Assembly: GCA_965219955.1 (NCBI GenBank)
Contig: OZ244799.1
Location: forward strand, 1,376,001-1,440,000
DNA length: 64,000 bases
Reading direction: 5' to 3'
Origin: a bacterium
Lineage (GTDB): Bacteria > UBA8248
Shown here: one piece after another, positions 19,469-29,055 of the stretch
Layout of the letters: every line of letters begins with the position of its first letter
Position numbering within the stretch: the stretch's first letter is position 1
The notes under the pieces: generated by a model
The model's input: the letters and a program-made list of their open reading frames with translations, nothing else
Databases searched by the model: none
What the model was told of the DNA's origin: nothing
Program-made: the position numbers and the translations under genes

Positions 19469-20719
19469 TCATCCACTGAACAATCGCTTCTTCACCGCGT
19501 CGAGTGAATGGACGCGCCCCGCTCGAGCCAGTTCTTCGGAAAAACCGACCGCCGGTTTCTTCCGCCCCCCCTCGCCGCCGCGAATCATTTCCCAGAGGGC
19601 GGCCAACCCGCCCGGGCGTTTCGGCGGCGTCAAGTTCTCTCCGTCGAAATCCGCCATGGCGAACGGAACGGCATCGGCGATCCATTCCTGGGATTCCACG
19701 CTGAATCCATGATCCACCATCACGAGGATGCGGCAAGGCTGGTCCAGTTTTTCCAGCAACGGCGACATAAACGCGGCATCGAATCTCTCGATGGCCCCGA
19801 TTTTCTCCTCGGGTTCGCGCCACGGGGATATGCTGTCCACGTCCTCGAGCAAGAAGACGAAATCATGGCTCGAAAGCGCCTCGCTCACCCTGGCGGACAC
19901 CTCCTCCCCCGGCTCATATACATCCGCGCCCCCCAGTTTGGCAAAGCCCTTTGCGAGTTGCGAGTCGGTTATCAGCACCGAATCCCTGCCCCCCGTCTTT
20001 TCGGACATTCTCCCCACCTCCTCGTGGAGGCCGCCGCCCCAAAGCCACACGGAGTTCGCAGCGAACATACGGGTTTGCGCCTTTTCCCTCAAACCCGCAT
20101 GCGTGGAGAGCACCATCTGGGAATCGTTGACGAAATGAACGAAGCGCCGCGCAGCCTCCGCCACCGGCATGTGCTCCCCGATGGGCATTCCGGTAATCGC
20201 ATGCGGGGGCGAGAAGCCGTGAAAAGATTCCGGTGAAAGCGGCGCGCCCGCACGCCGATAATAGAGAAGCGCCTCGCAGCCGCCCAGGGGTTCGAAACGG
20301 AAAGATTCGCCCTCATCGGGCGGCATGTGGCGCTCCAGATAAGCGATGAGTTCGCGGTTCTCCTCATCCGTGACACCGAAGCCCGTCGGGTCCAGCATGA
20401 CGACGCTCGTCGCGCCGGGCTTCAAGCACACGAAGTTGAGCCGGAAGACCGCTTCACCGGCTTCGGGGAGAACGTCCGCTGCGGCGGCCAGCATCAGGCC
20501 GGAAGAGGGTGCGCCCGAGGAGCCGAAAAAATGATTCAGAAATCCATCCAGCGAGGGATACGCATCATCGGCTGCGGGAGACCATGCACCGGAAAAGCCC
20601 GAACCCGCCACCCGATCCAGCACCGGCGTCCGCGCTCTTTGCAGGGGTGTTTCGCCTCCAAAGTCCGCCACCGGCCTGTCGGCGAGACCGCGCGCGAGAA
20701 CCACAAGGATTTTTCGCAT
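19469..20719 (-). CDS. ApgM-like (cofactor-independent phosphoglycerate mutase fold) protein, divergent active site
   Basis: GLADRP...GETPLQRARTPVLD, FRLN, PPH, ANSVWLWG, DH, VPF; sits between hom and lysC. Confidence 0.75.
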   Translation of the reverse strand: MRKILVVLARGLADRPVADFGGETPLQRARTPVLDRVAGSGFSGAWSPAADDAYPSLDGFLNHFFGSSGAPSSGLMLAAAADVLPEAGEAVFRLNFVCLKPGATSVVMLDPTGFGVTDEENRELIAYLERHMPPDEGESFRFEPLGGCEALLYYRRAGAPLSPESFHGFSPPHAITGMPIGEHMPVAEAARRFVHFVNDSQMVLSTHAGLREKAQTRMFAANSVWLWGGGLHEEVGRMSEKTGGRDSVLITDSQLAKGFAKLGGADVYEPGEEVSARVSEALSSHDFVFLLEDVDSISPWREPEEKIGAIERFDAAFMSPLLEKLDQPCRILVMVDHGFSVESQEWIADAVPFAMADFDGENLTPPKRPGGLAALWEMIRGGEGGRKKPAVGFSEELARAGRVHSLDAVKKRLFSG

Positions 20720-20743
20720 CAGGAAGAGCTCACGTCTGCTCGA

Positions 20744-22072
20744 TCACATGAAAGCCATGCCGTCCGATTCCACGCGAACGAGCGCGTAAGCGGGCTGCAC
20801 CACGTCGAGGCGGGAAATCTCCTCGAGCGCGTTTTGCATGTTCTCCTCCGTCGCCTTGTGGGTGAGCAGCACCAGACGGGCATAGCCGTCCTCGTCGGCG
20901 CGGCCCTTCTGGACGACGGTTTCGAGGCTGATGTCGTGTTCGCCGAAAACACCGGAGATGCGGCTCAATACGCCAGGCTTGTCCAGCGCCGCGAAGCGAA
21001 CGTAGAAGCGCGTCGAAATTTCCCGCGGGGGCAGGATGTCGAGGCGCGCGCGCTGGTCCGGCAAAAAAGCGGCGGCGGGGATCCGCGAGTCGCCCCCGTT
21101 CTTCAGCCACCTCGCCACTTCGATGATGTCGCCCACCACGGCGGAGGCCGTAGCCTCCGAGCCCGCGCCCTTGCCGATGAACACCTGCGGCCCGGCATTC
21201 ACCCCCGAGACGGCCACCGCATTGTAGACCCCTCCCACCTGCGAGAGAGGATGACTTTCGGGAAGCATTGTCGGGTGAACGCGGATATCGAGTTTCCCCT
21301 CCCTCTCCTGCGCCATGGCGATGAGCTTGATCCGGAAGCCGAGCTCCTTGGCGATATCGATGTCGACGGACGTGATGTTGCGGATCCCCTCGGTGTGGTA
21401 ATCCTCGAGATCCACGGGCGTTCCATAGGCCAGGTTCGCCAGAATCGCTATCTTGTGCGACGCATCGACGCCGTCGATATCGAAAGCGGGGTCGGCTTCC
21501 GCGTAGCCGAGTTCCTGCGCGCGCTTCAGCGTTTCGCCGAAATCCGCACCCATCTCCGTCATGCAGCTCAGAATGTAGTTGCACGTGCCGTTCAAGATAC
21601 CGGCGAGCCTCTCGATTTTGTCCGCAGCGAACGCCTCGCGCAGGTTTCTGACTATCGGAATGCCGCCCGCGACGGACGCCTCGAAACCCAGCGGGCAACC
21701 CGCCTTCTCCGCAGCGGCGAATATCTCCTCCCCGTGAACGGCAAGCACCGCCTTGTTCGCGGTCACGACCGGCTTGTTCTTCTCGATCGCCCGCAGGATG
21801 TGGCGCCTGGCGTCATCCGTCCCGCCGATAAGTTCCGCGACCACGTGCACCTCGGGCGCGTCGATGACGGCCTCGAAATCCGTGCCCATATTCCCGGGCG
21901 ACACCCCGCGCGCCGTCTTTTTCTTTGTGAAAACGCTGCGGTCCGCAATTCTGGAGACGCACACCTCTACGCCGAGGCGTCTCTTGATCAACTCCCGCTG
22001 CTCGTCGAGCAGATTCACGACCCCGCTTCCGACGGTGCCCAAGCCCAATATGCCGACGCAAATTTTCTTCAT
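20744..22072 (-). CDS. hom: Homoserine dehydrogenase with ACT domain
   Basis: GLGTVGSG, VVTANK, FEASVAGGIP, GILNGTCNYIL, GYAEADP, DKPGVL. Confidence 0.97.
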   Translation of the reverse strand: MKKICVGILGLGTVGSGVVNLLDEQRELIKRRLGVEVCVSRIADRSVFTKKKTARGVSPGNMGTDFEAVIDAPEVHVVAELIGGTDDARRHILRAIEKNKPVVTANKAVLAVHGEEIFAAAEKAGCPLGFEASVAGGIPIVRNLREAFAADKIERLAGILNGTCNYILSCMTEMGADFGETLKRAQELGYAEADPAFDIDGVDASHKIAILANLAYGTPVDLEDYHTEGIRNITSVDIDIAKELGFRIKLIAMAQEREGKLDIRVHPTMLPESHPLSQVGGVYNAVAVSGVNAGPQVFIGKGAGSEATASAVVGDIIEVARWLKNGGDSRIPAAAFLPDQRARLDILPPREISTRFYVRFAALDKPGVLSRISGVFGEHDISLETVVQKGRADEDGYARLVLLTHKATEENMQNALEEISRLDVVQPAYALVRVESDGMAFM

Positions 22073-22098
22073 ATCTCCTTGACCCGAAAAGCCGCGAA

Positions 22099-23301
22099 CT
22101 AGCTCGCCGCCTGCTCGGGCGCTCTCTCCTGGAACAGGGGACGCAAGTTTCTGAGCGCCTGCCGCGTGCGGTGCTCATTCTCCACGAGCGCGAATCGCAC
22201 GTGCCCGTCGCCCAACTCGCCGAAACCGACACCGGGCGAGACGGCCACCTCGGCTTTCTTCAACAAGTATTTGGAAAACTCCAGAGAACCCATCTCCCGG
22301 AAGGCTTGTGGAATCTCCGCCCATACGAACATCGTGCCCCTGGGCTTTTGAACGGGCCAGCCGATTCTCTCCAGTCCGTTGCACAGCGCGTCGCGGCGAT
22401 TCTGGTAAATCTGCCGAATTTCCTCGACGCACTCCTGAGAACCGTTGAGCGCGATGATCGAAGCGATCTGGATGGGCTGGAACGCGCCGTAATCGAGATA
22501 GCTCTTGATGCGCCTGAGCGCACCGATAATCTCGCGGTTCCCCACGGCGAAGCCCATCCGCCACCCCGGCATGGAGTAGCTCTTGGAGAGCGAGAAAAAT
22601 TCCACACTCACATCCTTCGCACCCTTCACCTGCAGAATGCTGGGCGGCTCATAGCCATCGAACCCTAAGTCGGCATAGGCGAAATCATGAACCACGATGA
22701 GGTTGTATTCTTTTGCGAAGGCGACGACTTTTTCAAAAAAATCCAGGTCCACGCAAACCGTGGTGGGGTTGTGCGGGAAACTCAAGACGAGGATTTTCGG
22801 CCGCGGCCATATCGGGCGGATGATGTCGGTCATGTTTTCGAAGAAATCATCCCCCTGAGACAGCGGCAAGTGAACCACGTTGCCGTTCGCCAGGACCATG
22901 GCGTACGTGTGGATGGGGTATGTGGGGCTCGGCACCATGACCAAATCGCCCGGGTTCGTGATGGCCAACGCCAGATGGGAGAGCCCCTCCTTCACCCCGA
23001 TGGTGACGATGGCCTCCTCTTCGGGGTCGATATTCACGTCATAGCGGCGGCCGTACCAGCCCGCGATGGCCGCCCTCAGCCGGGTGATGCCGCGCGAAGC
23101 GCTGTAGCGATGATTCCTGGGGTTCGTCGCCGACTCCACCAGTTTTTCCACGATGTGCGGCGGGGTGGCGAGATCGGGGTTCCCCATACCGAAGTCGATG
23201 ATGTCGTCGCCCCGGCGGCGGGCCTCGATCTTCAACTCGTCAACGCTCGCGAAAACATAGGGCGGCAGGCGAGTGATGCGCTGGAACTCATACATGTTCA
23301 A
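22099..23301 (-). CDS. Class I/II PLP aminotransferase (AlaC/LL-DAP aminotransferase-like)
   Basis: [41 protein letters not shown]. Confidence 0.9.
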   Translation of the reverse strand: MNMYEFQRITRLPPYVFASVDELKIEARRRGDDIIDFGMGNPDLATPPHIVEKLVESATNPRNHRYSASRGITRLRAAIAGWYGRRYDVNIDPEEEAIVTIGVKEGLSHLALAITNPGDLVMVPSPTYPIHTYAMVLANGNVVHLPLSQGDDFFENMTDIIRPIWPRPKILVLSFPHNPTTVCVDLDFFEKVVAFAKEYNLIVVHDFAYADLGFDGYEPPSILQVKGAKDVSVEFFSLSKSYSMPGWRMGFAVGNREIIGALRRIKSYLDYGAFQPIQIASIIALNGSQECVEEIRQIYQNRRDALCNGLERIGWPVQKPRGTMFVWAEIPQAFREMGSLEFSKYLLKKAEVAVSPGVGFGELGDGHVRFALVENEHRTRQALRNLRPLFQERAPEQAAS

Positions 23302-23307
23302 AAATCC

Positions 23308-24291
23308 TCAACTGACCGGCAAGGATACCAGGCGACGGGAGGGCGCCGGAACGTTCCGGCCCGAGCCATCGGCCGTCATAAACGCGCGACCCTCGGGGTC
23401 TCCTTTTGATGTTTCCTCCCCCAATCCCCGGGAGGCGTGCAGGGCTTCCTCCGCATTGTAGGAGCTTCTCACGAAAGGACCCGCGAACACGTGCGCGAAA
23501 CCCCTCGCCGCGCCCGCCAGGCGGTAGCGCGCATAGACGTCGGGGTGAACGTATTCGCGAACGGGAATCGCCTTTTTCTTCGGTGAGAGATACTGGCCAA
23601 TCGTCATGATTTGGCAATCGACTTTTTCATCTCTCAAATCATCCATCAAGGAGAGCACGTCCTCTTCGGTTTCGCCCATGCCGACCATGACGCCGCTTTT
23701 CGTCACCATATCCGGGTCAATCTCCCGCGCCATGCCGATGACGCGCAGCGAGCGTTCGTAATCGCCGTTCGGCCGCGTGCTCTTGAACAGCCTCTTCACC
23801 GTTTCGATGTTATGGTTGAAAACGTCGGGCGCCGCGCGGACCACCCGCTCGACCGCGTCGAAATCGCCCATGAAATCACTCACCAACACTTCCACCGTGG
23901 CCCCGGGCAGCAATTCGCGAATCGCCTCAATCGTCGCAACCACGTGGGAGGCCGCGCCATCGGCCAAATCATCGCGATTCACCATCGTGACGACCACGTG
24001 CTTGAGGCCCAATTGCTTCGCGGCCTCAGCCACATGCCGCGGTTCGTCTGCGTCCAGAGCCTCCGGCGCGCCCTTTGTGACGGCGCAATAGCCGCAAGTT
24101 CTCGTACAGACGTCCCCGCCAATCATGAAGGTGGCCGTGCTGCGGGAAAAACACTCGAACAGGTTCGGGCACCGGGCTTCCTCGCACACGGTGTGCAGAT
24201 GCTTGTTGCGCATCAGCGCCTTGACTTCGTGCGACCGGCTCGGACTCGGCAGCCGCTTTACGAGCCAAGGCGGAAAGCGTCGAGAAGCCAT
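23308..24291 (-). CDS. lipA: Lipoyl synthase
   Basis: CEEARCPNLFEC (CX4CX5C), CTRTCGYC (CX3CX2C), NHNIETV, RSSY. Confidence 0.97.
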   Translation of the reverse strand: MASRRFPPWLVKRLPSPSRSHEVKALMRNKHLHTVCEEARCPNLFECFSRSTATFMIGGDVCTRTCGYCAVTKGAPEALDADEPRHVAEAAKQLGLKHVVVTMVNRDDLADGAASHVVATIEAIRELLPGATVEVLVSDFMGDFDAVERVVRAAPDVFNHNIETVKRLFKSTRPNGDYERSLRVIGMAREIDPDMVTKSGVMVGMGETEEDVLSLMDDLRDEKVDCQIMTIGQYLSPKKKAIPVREYVHPDVYARYRLAGAARGFAHVFAGPFVRSSYNAEEALHASRGLGEETSKGDPEGRAFMTADGSGRNVPAPSRRLVSLPVS

Positions 24292-24326
24292 CGAATTGCC
24301 TCCAGCCCCGGGAATCGGGAGGCTGC

Positions 24327-24355
24327 ATCTTAGGAATGCAAAGCGCGGGTGTCAA
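24327..24355 (-). promoter_or_regulatory. sigma70-type promoter for the lipA-led operon
   Basis: TTGACA-17 bp-TAAGAT on the minus strand, with an AT-rich upstream region. Confidence 0.7.
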
Positions 24356-24408
24356 GCTTAAAGCCATTTATAGCAAACAAAGTACAAAACATTGTATTCA
24401 AATATACT

Positions 24409-25218
24409 TTACATTGCTATGATTATGGCCCGCCGGAGCCTGATCCTCGCCCGCATCCCGGAGAGCGCTTTTTGGGCCTCGGCCTTGTCCGGATAGTGCC
24501 CGACCCGGACGCGATACCACCTGCCCCTGGCGCCGAGATCCGCATTCTTGATGAAGGGCCGGAGTCCCGCCTCCCTCAGCTTGCGGACGACTCGAAGCGC
24601 CTCATCGAATTTTTGGACCGAAACAACCTGTATGGTATAGCCGCTCGCCTTCGCCCAGGGTTTCGATGAGCGGGTATCCGCCTCTGCCCGCATTTGGGCA
24701 TCTTCGCCGACCCCATTCGTATTTTCTTTCTTCTCGGCATTCTTCTCGCCGGCTGGCTCGCCGAGGGGCTTTTCCTGTGCAGGGGGGTTCTCAACCAACT
24801 CCGCCAGGGGGGGCGCCGGTTTCGGCGGTATTTTTTTCTTCACCACCGGCAGCTTGATGAGTTCGATGGGCTGTTCGCCTTCCTGATTCTCCTTGAGCAA
24901 GTCCTGATAAAATTTCGGCTTGATGACATCCACGGTTTTTTGAACCACTTCCGTTCCCGTTTCGGGTTCCGGTATTTTTTTCAGCGCGGCGACCTTCTCG
25001 CGTTCCGCCTCTTTTCTCTCGCCCTTTTTCCCGGCCTCCGGTTCAGGCTTGACCTCAGCCATAACCTTCTTGCCCGACGCGCCGCTGGTGCCCCATAGGT
25101 AGCCGAAGCCGAAGGACGCCCCCATTCCCGCGCAGATAACGAACGCAAAAACGCCCGCCTGCGCTTTGCCGAAAACAATCCTGTATTGTTTCGCAGATGT
25201 CCTCTGCCGGGACTTCAT
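24409..25218 (-). CDS. SPOR domain protein (FtsN/DedD-like)
   Basis: N-terminal TM helix, low-complexity linker, C-terminal YTIQVVS...WYRVRVG SPOR motif; follows argS; start placed at ATG 25218. Confidence 0.85.
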   Translation of the reverse strand: MKSRQRTSAKQYRIVFGKAQAGVFAFVICAGMGASFGFGYLWGTSGASGKKVMAEVKPEPEAGKKGERKEAEREKVAALKKIPEPETGTEVVQKTVDVIKPKFYQDLLKENQEGEQPIELIKLPVVKKKIPPKPAPPLAELVENPPAQEKPLGEPAGEKNAEKKENTNGVGEDAQMRAEADTRSSKPWAKASGYTIQVVSVQKFDEALRVVRKLREAGLRPFIKNADLGARGRWYRVRVGHYPDKAEAQKALSGMRARIRLRRAIIIAM

Positions 25219-25247
25219 GGACTTCTCGTTTCGTGGGCGGATGCTGA

Positions 25248-26921
25248 CTACATCTTCTCGGGAGCGGAGACTCCCAGCAAATTCAAGCCGTTCCTCAAGA
25301 CGACTTGCACGCACTTCGCGAGGCACAGGCGGGCGCGGGTGAGTCCATCGCCCTGGCCCAGTATGCGGTTGCGATTATAATAGGCATGGAATTGTTTGGC
25401 GAGAGCGATGAGGCCGAATGTAACGTGGTGGGGCTCGAGCCTCTCCGCCGCGGTTCGCACCACGTCGGGCCATTCGAGGAGATTCTTCATGAGCTGGCGC
25501 TCCTCGGCCAGCACGAGCACTCCGGGCGGCGGATCATCGAGACCGTCGAGCGACTCGCCTTCTTCCGCCGCCTGCCTGAAAAGGCTGCAGGCGCGCGCGT
25601 GCGCGTACTGCACGTAATAGACCGGATTCTCGCTGCTTTGCTCTTTCGCCAAATCGAGATCGAACTCCAGCGCCGTGTCCGCGCTCCTCATCAGGAAGAA
25701 GAAGCGGGCCGCGTCCACGCCCACCTCATCCACCACCGTGGACAACTCCTCGAACTCGCCCGAGCGCGTGCTCATCTGCACCGCCTCTCCGCCACGACGC
25801 AGGCTCACGAATTGAACGAAGAGGACGTCGAGCTTTTCGGGGTCATGGCCGAGCATCTCCATCGACGCGCGCACCCGGGGCAGATACCCGTGATGATCCG
25901 CCCCCCAGACGTTGATGTACCGATCGAAGCCGAGCTCATACTTCAGGTGGTGATAAGCGATGTCCGACGCCAGGTAGGTCGGGCGGCCATCGTCCCGCAC
26001 GACGACGCGGTCCTTCTCGTCGCCGTATGCGCTCGACGCGAGCCACCTGGCCCCGTCTTTCTCATAGAGTTTCTCGTTCGCTTCGAGCGCGGCGACCGCC
26101 TCTTCCACCTTGTTGCCGTTTCCGGTGAACAAAGATGACTCGCTGAACCATTCATCGAAGCGAACCCGGAACCCGGCGAGGGAATTTTCGATGTCCTCCA
26201 GGATCAAATCCTTGGCGATGACGCCCGCCCGAGCGAGAAGCGCTCCCTCCTCCTCCAGCGTCCCGACGCCCTCCAGGAACCTCGCGGACTTGACGATCTC
26301 GCGAATGTATTCCCCCTGGTAGGCGTCTTCGGGAAAAGGGACCGCCTCCCCTTTCACGTCCTGCAAGTAACGCGCGTAGGCCGATTTCGCCAGCGTCTCT
26401 ATCTGGTTGCCCGCGTCGTTGATGTAATACTCCCGGTGCACGCGAAAGCCCGAAGCCTCCAGCACGCGCCCCAGAACGTCGCCCAGCGCGGCGCCCCGGC
26501 CGTGGCCGACATGAAGCGGCCCCGTGGGGTTCGCGCTCACGAACTCCAGGTGAACGGATTTCCCCGCGCCCGATCCGTTTTTTCCAAAATCATCCGGTGC
26601 GGACAGTATCTCCCCGAGCTTCGCGCACAGGTAATCGCCATCGAGGTACAGGTTGATGAAGCCGGGCTTTTCGACCCGGACATCAGTGAAAAACCCCTCG
26701 GGCGCCTCGAAGTGCTTGACGATCTGCTCCGCAATCACCATGGGCGCCTTCCGCTCGGCTTTCGCCAGCGTCATCGCGATGTTGCAGGAGAAATCGCCGA
26801 ACGCCTCGTTCGGCGGCGTCTCGATGACGACCGCCGGCTTCTCCCCGGAAGTCAGGTCGCCCGCCGCGCGCGCGCTTTCGAATGCGTTCTCGAATATGGG
26901 GACCATCAATTCTTTCAGCAC
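25248..26921 (-). CDS. argS: Arginine--tRNA ligase
   Basis: EFVSANPTGPLHVGHGR, EYYINDAG, WGADHHGY, MSTRSG, NPVYYVQYAHAR, SAPEKM. Confidence 0.98.
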   Translation of the reverse strand: MLKELMVPIFENAFESARAAGDLTSGEKPAVVIETPPNEAFGDFSCNIAMTLAKAERKAPMVIAEQIVKHFEAPEGFFTDVRVEKPGFINLYLDGDYLCAKLGEILSAPDDFGKNGSGAGKSVHLEFVSANPTGPLHVGHGRGAALGDVLGRVLEASGFRVHREYYINDAGNQIETLAKSAYARYLQDVKGEAVPFPEDAYQGEYIREIVKSARFLEGVGTLEEEGALLARAGVIAKDLILEDIENSLAGFRVRFDEWFSESSLFTGNGNKVEEAVAALEANEKLYEKDGARWLASSAYGDEKDRVVVRDDGRPTYLASDIAYHHLKYELGFDRYINVWGADHHGYLPRVRASMEMLGHDPEKLDVLFVQFVSLRRGGEAVQMSTRSGEFEELSTVVDEVGVDAARFFFLMRSADTALEFDLDLAKEQSSENPVYYVQYAHARACSLFRQAAEEGESLDGLDDPPPGVLVLAEERQLMKNLLEWPDVVRTAAERLEPHHVTFGLIALAKQFHAYYNRNRILGQGDGLTRARLCLAKCVQVVLRNGLNLLGVSAPEKM

Positions 26922-26984
26922 ATCAACCTCATCAAAAAATCACCCCCGAAACGAGGGAACAAATACTCCTCCGGCGGGATTCCG

Positions 26985-27737
26985 TCAACGCGTGACGGAG
27001 GAATGGCCGGAGCGTCTCGGCAGGCTCTTCCCGCCGTGGTATTGCAAAAACGCCTCCGCGCACCCGATGATCTCGGGCCCCAGGGAAGCGGCGAATCGAA
27101 TGGAAAAACATTTCTCGGGCGACAGGCGAAGAATCTCTCTCATCGCGGCGACGGCGCCGGCGCGCAGGCGCACCTCCCGCGCCGCCGGCTCAGGGCACCT
27201 CGCGCAGCGAAGCTCACCCGTGGCGATATCGAAACGCGCCGTCTCGCTGCCCGGCTTTATCTCGCAGGCCGCGCAATAGTCGAGGCCCGGTTCGAGACCC
27301 ATCGTCTTGAGCAGCATGAGCAGGAAAACCCCTTCCATGCCCGCCGTTCCCGCGCCGGCCTCCAGCGCCTCGAGCGAGGAGCGGAGCAACCAAAAGTGCG
27401 CGCTCTCGCCCTCATCCACGTTCAACACCACATCGAGTATCTTCAAGAGGCGCGACGCCACCCGCATGGCCTCATAATCCTTCCAGACTCTTTGATAGAC
27501 CCGGGTCGTCTCGCATTTTCGCATCGTGCCCAAACCGGAACCCGTGCGCCGGCTCCACTCGATATGGTTCTCGCTCGCCGGTTCGAGTCCCACGCCCACC
27601 CTCGACTTCGCCGAGCGCACGCCCTTCGCCACCAGGCGCACCTTGCCCTGGCCTTTACTCAGAAACGTCACGATCAGGCTCGTGTTCGAGAACGGGCGCG
27701 CGCCCAGGACAATGGCTTCGTCACTCAGAATGGCCAA
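26985..27737 (-). CDS. recO: DNA repair protein RecO
   Basis: AIVL...[20 protein letters not shown], CxxC...CxxC zinc motif. Confidence 0.88.
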   Translation of the reverse strand: MAILSDEAIVLGARPFSNTSLIVTFLSKGQGKVRLVAKGVRSAKSRVGVGLEPASENHIEWSRRTGSGLGTMRKCETTRVYQRVWKDYEAMRVASRLLKILDVVLNVDEGESAHFWLLRSSLEALEAGAGTAGMEGVFLLMLLKTMGLEPGLDYCAACEIKPGSETARFDIATGELRCARCPEPAAREVRLRAGAVAAMREILRLSPEKCFSIRFAASLGPEIIGCAEAFLQYHGGKSLPRRSGHSSVTR

Positions 27738-27865
27738 GAAAACGCCTCCCGACAGGTCTTCTTTTCTGGGGTCTTGACGAAACCGGGCGGATGAGAGATA
27801 GTTTGCGACCGGAAAGATTCTATTTTCTAACGCAAGTTACCGCAAACAGGAGGAACGAAACCAAT

Positions 27866-28054
27866 ATGCCAGGAGTAAAAGTACACGAGGGTGAATCCAT
27901 CGACAAGGCTTTGAAGCAATTCAAGAAACAATGCGAAAAATCAGGCATTCTCACCGAAATCAAAAAGCGCGAGTACTATGAGAAGCCCAGCGTAAAGCGC
28001 AAGAGGAAGATACTCGCCGCGCACAAAAAGCGCATGCGCGCCCAGAACCGCTAA
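27866..28054 (+). CDS. rpsU: 30S ribosomal protein S21
   Basis: [21 protein letters not shown]...[14 protein letters not shown]; AGGAGG RBS. Confidence 0.96.
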   Translation: MPGVKVHEGESIDKALKQFKKQCEKSGILTEIKKREYYEKPSVKRKRKILAAHKKRMRAQNR

Positions 28055-28056
28055 GC

Positions 28057-29046
28057 CTAGACATTCTCATAGCCGAGCTCGGAAAGCGCGGCGTCCTTTT
28101 GCCGCCAGTTCGGCTTGATGCGCACCTTGAGGCCGAGATATATCTGCTCGCCCAGGCGCCGTTCGATCTCCGTTCTCGATAATTCTCCGATCTTCTTGAT
28201 CTGAGCACCCCCCTTGCCCACCAGAATCCCCCGCTGGCTCTTCCGCTCCACGTAGATTTCCGCTTCGACGTGCAACAGGCCGGAACGCCCGGCGCGCTCC
28301 ATCTCGCGCACCTTCACCGCCACGGCGTAGGGGATCTCCTTGTGCAGCAGGCGGTACACCTGCTCGCGAACGAACTCCTCTATCAGGAGCGCTTCGCTCA
28401 CGTCCGTCGTCATATCGGGCGAAAAGTACCTGGGGCCTTCGGGGAGCGCCTGGATGATGTCTTCCACCAGCGGCTCCACGTTGTCCCCCTTGAGCGCCGA
28501 GACGGGATAGGCGCTCCTGAACCCGTCGTCTTCGGCGTATTTCGCCAGAACGGGCAACAGTATCGCCTTGTCCTTGATCCGGTCCACCTTGTTGATGACG
28601 AGAAACGCGGGCACGCCCGCATCCTCTATCAGCGCGAGCGCGTTTTCGTCCACCTCCCCCTCGGCGTCGTCCGTCATGAACAGGGCGAGGTCCGCACCCG
28701 CGCAGGCGGCCTTCACCTCTTCGAGCAGAAAGCGCCCGAGCTTCGAGGCGGGACGCTCGAGACCGGGCGTATCGAAAAAAGCCGCTTGCGCGTTATCGGT
28801 GTTCAACACGCCGAGAAGCCTGCGCCTCGTGGTTCCGGGCTTGCGGGTGACGATGGCGAGCTTTTCCCCGAGGATGCGGTTGAGCAGGGTGGATTTGCCC
28901 ACGTTCGGGCGTCCGATGATGGCGATGAAGCCCGAGCGGAATCCGTCGGGCGTCTCGTCGCGAACCTCGCCGCTTCTTAAGATTTTATCGAGGTCGAGCG
29001 TGCGCGCGTCGCCCCGGGTGCGAGTTTTCTTTTTCCTCGTGGACAC
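28057..29046 (-). CDS. era: GTPase Era
   Basis: GRPNVGKSTL, DTPG, NKVD, SA, KH domain GILVGKGG. Confidence 0.96.
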   Translation of the reverse strand: MSTRKKKTRTRGDARTLDLDKILRSGEVRDETPDGFRSGFIAIIGRPNVGKSTLLNRILGEKLAIVTRKPGTTRRRLLGVLNTDNAQAAFFDTPGLERPASKLGRFLLEEVKAACAGADLALFMTDDAEGEVDENALALIEDAGVPAFLVINKVDRIKDKAILLPVLAKYAEDDGFRSAYPVSALKGDNVEPLVEDIIQALPEGPRYFSPDMTTDVSEALLIEEFVREQVYRLLHKEIPYAVAVKVREMERAGRSGLLHVEAEIYVERKSQRGILVGKGGAQIKKIGELSRTEIERRLGEQIYLGLKVRIKPNWRQKDAALSELGYENV

Positions 29047-29055
29047 CCGCGCGCC

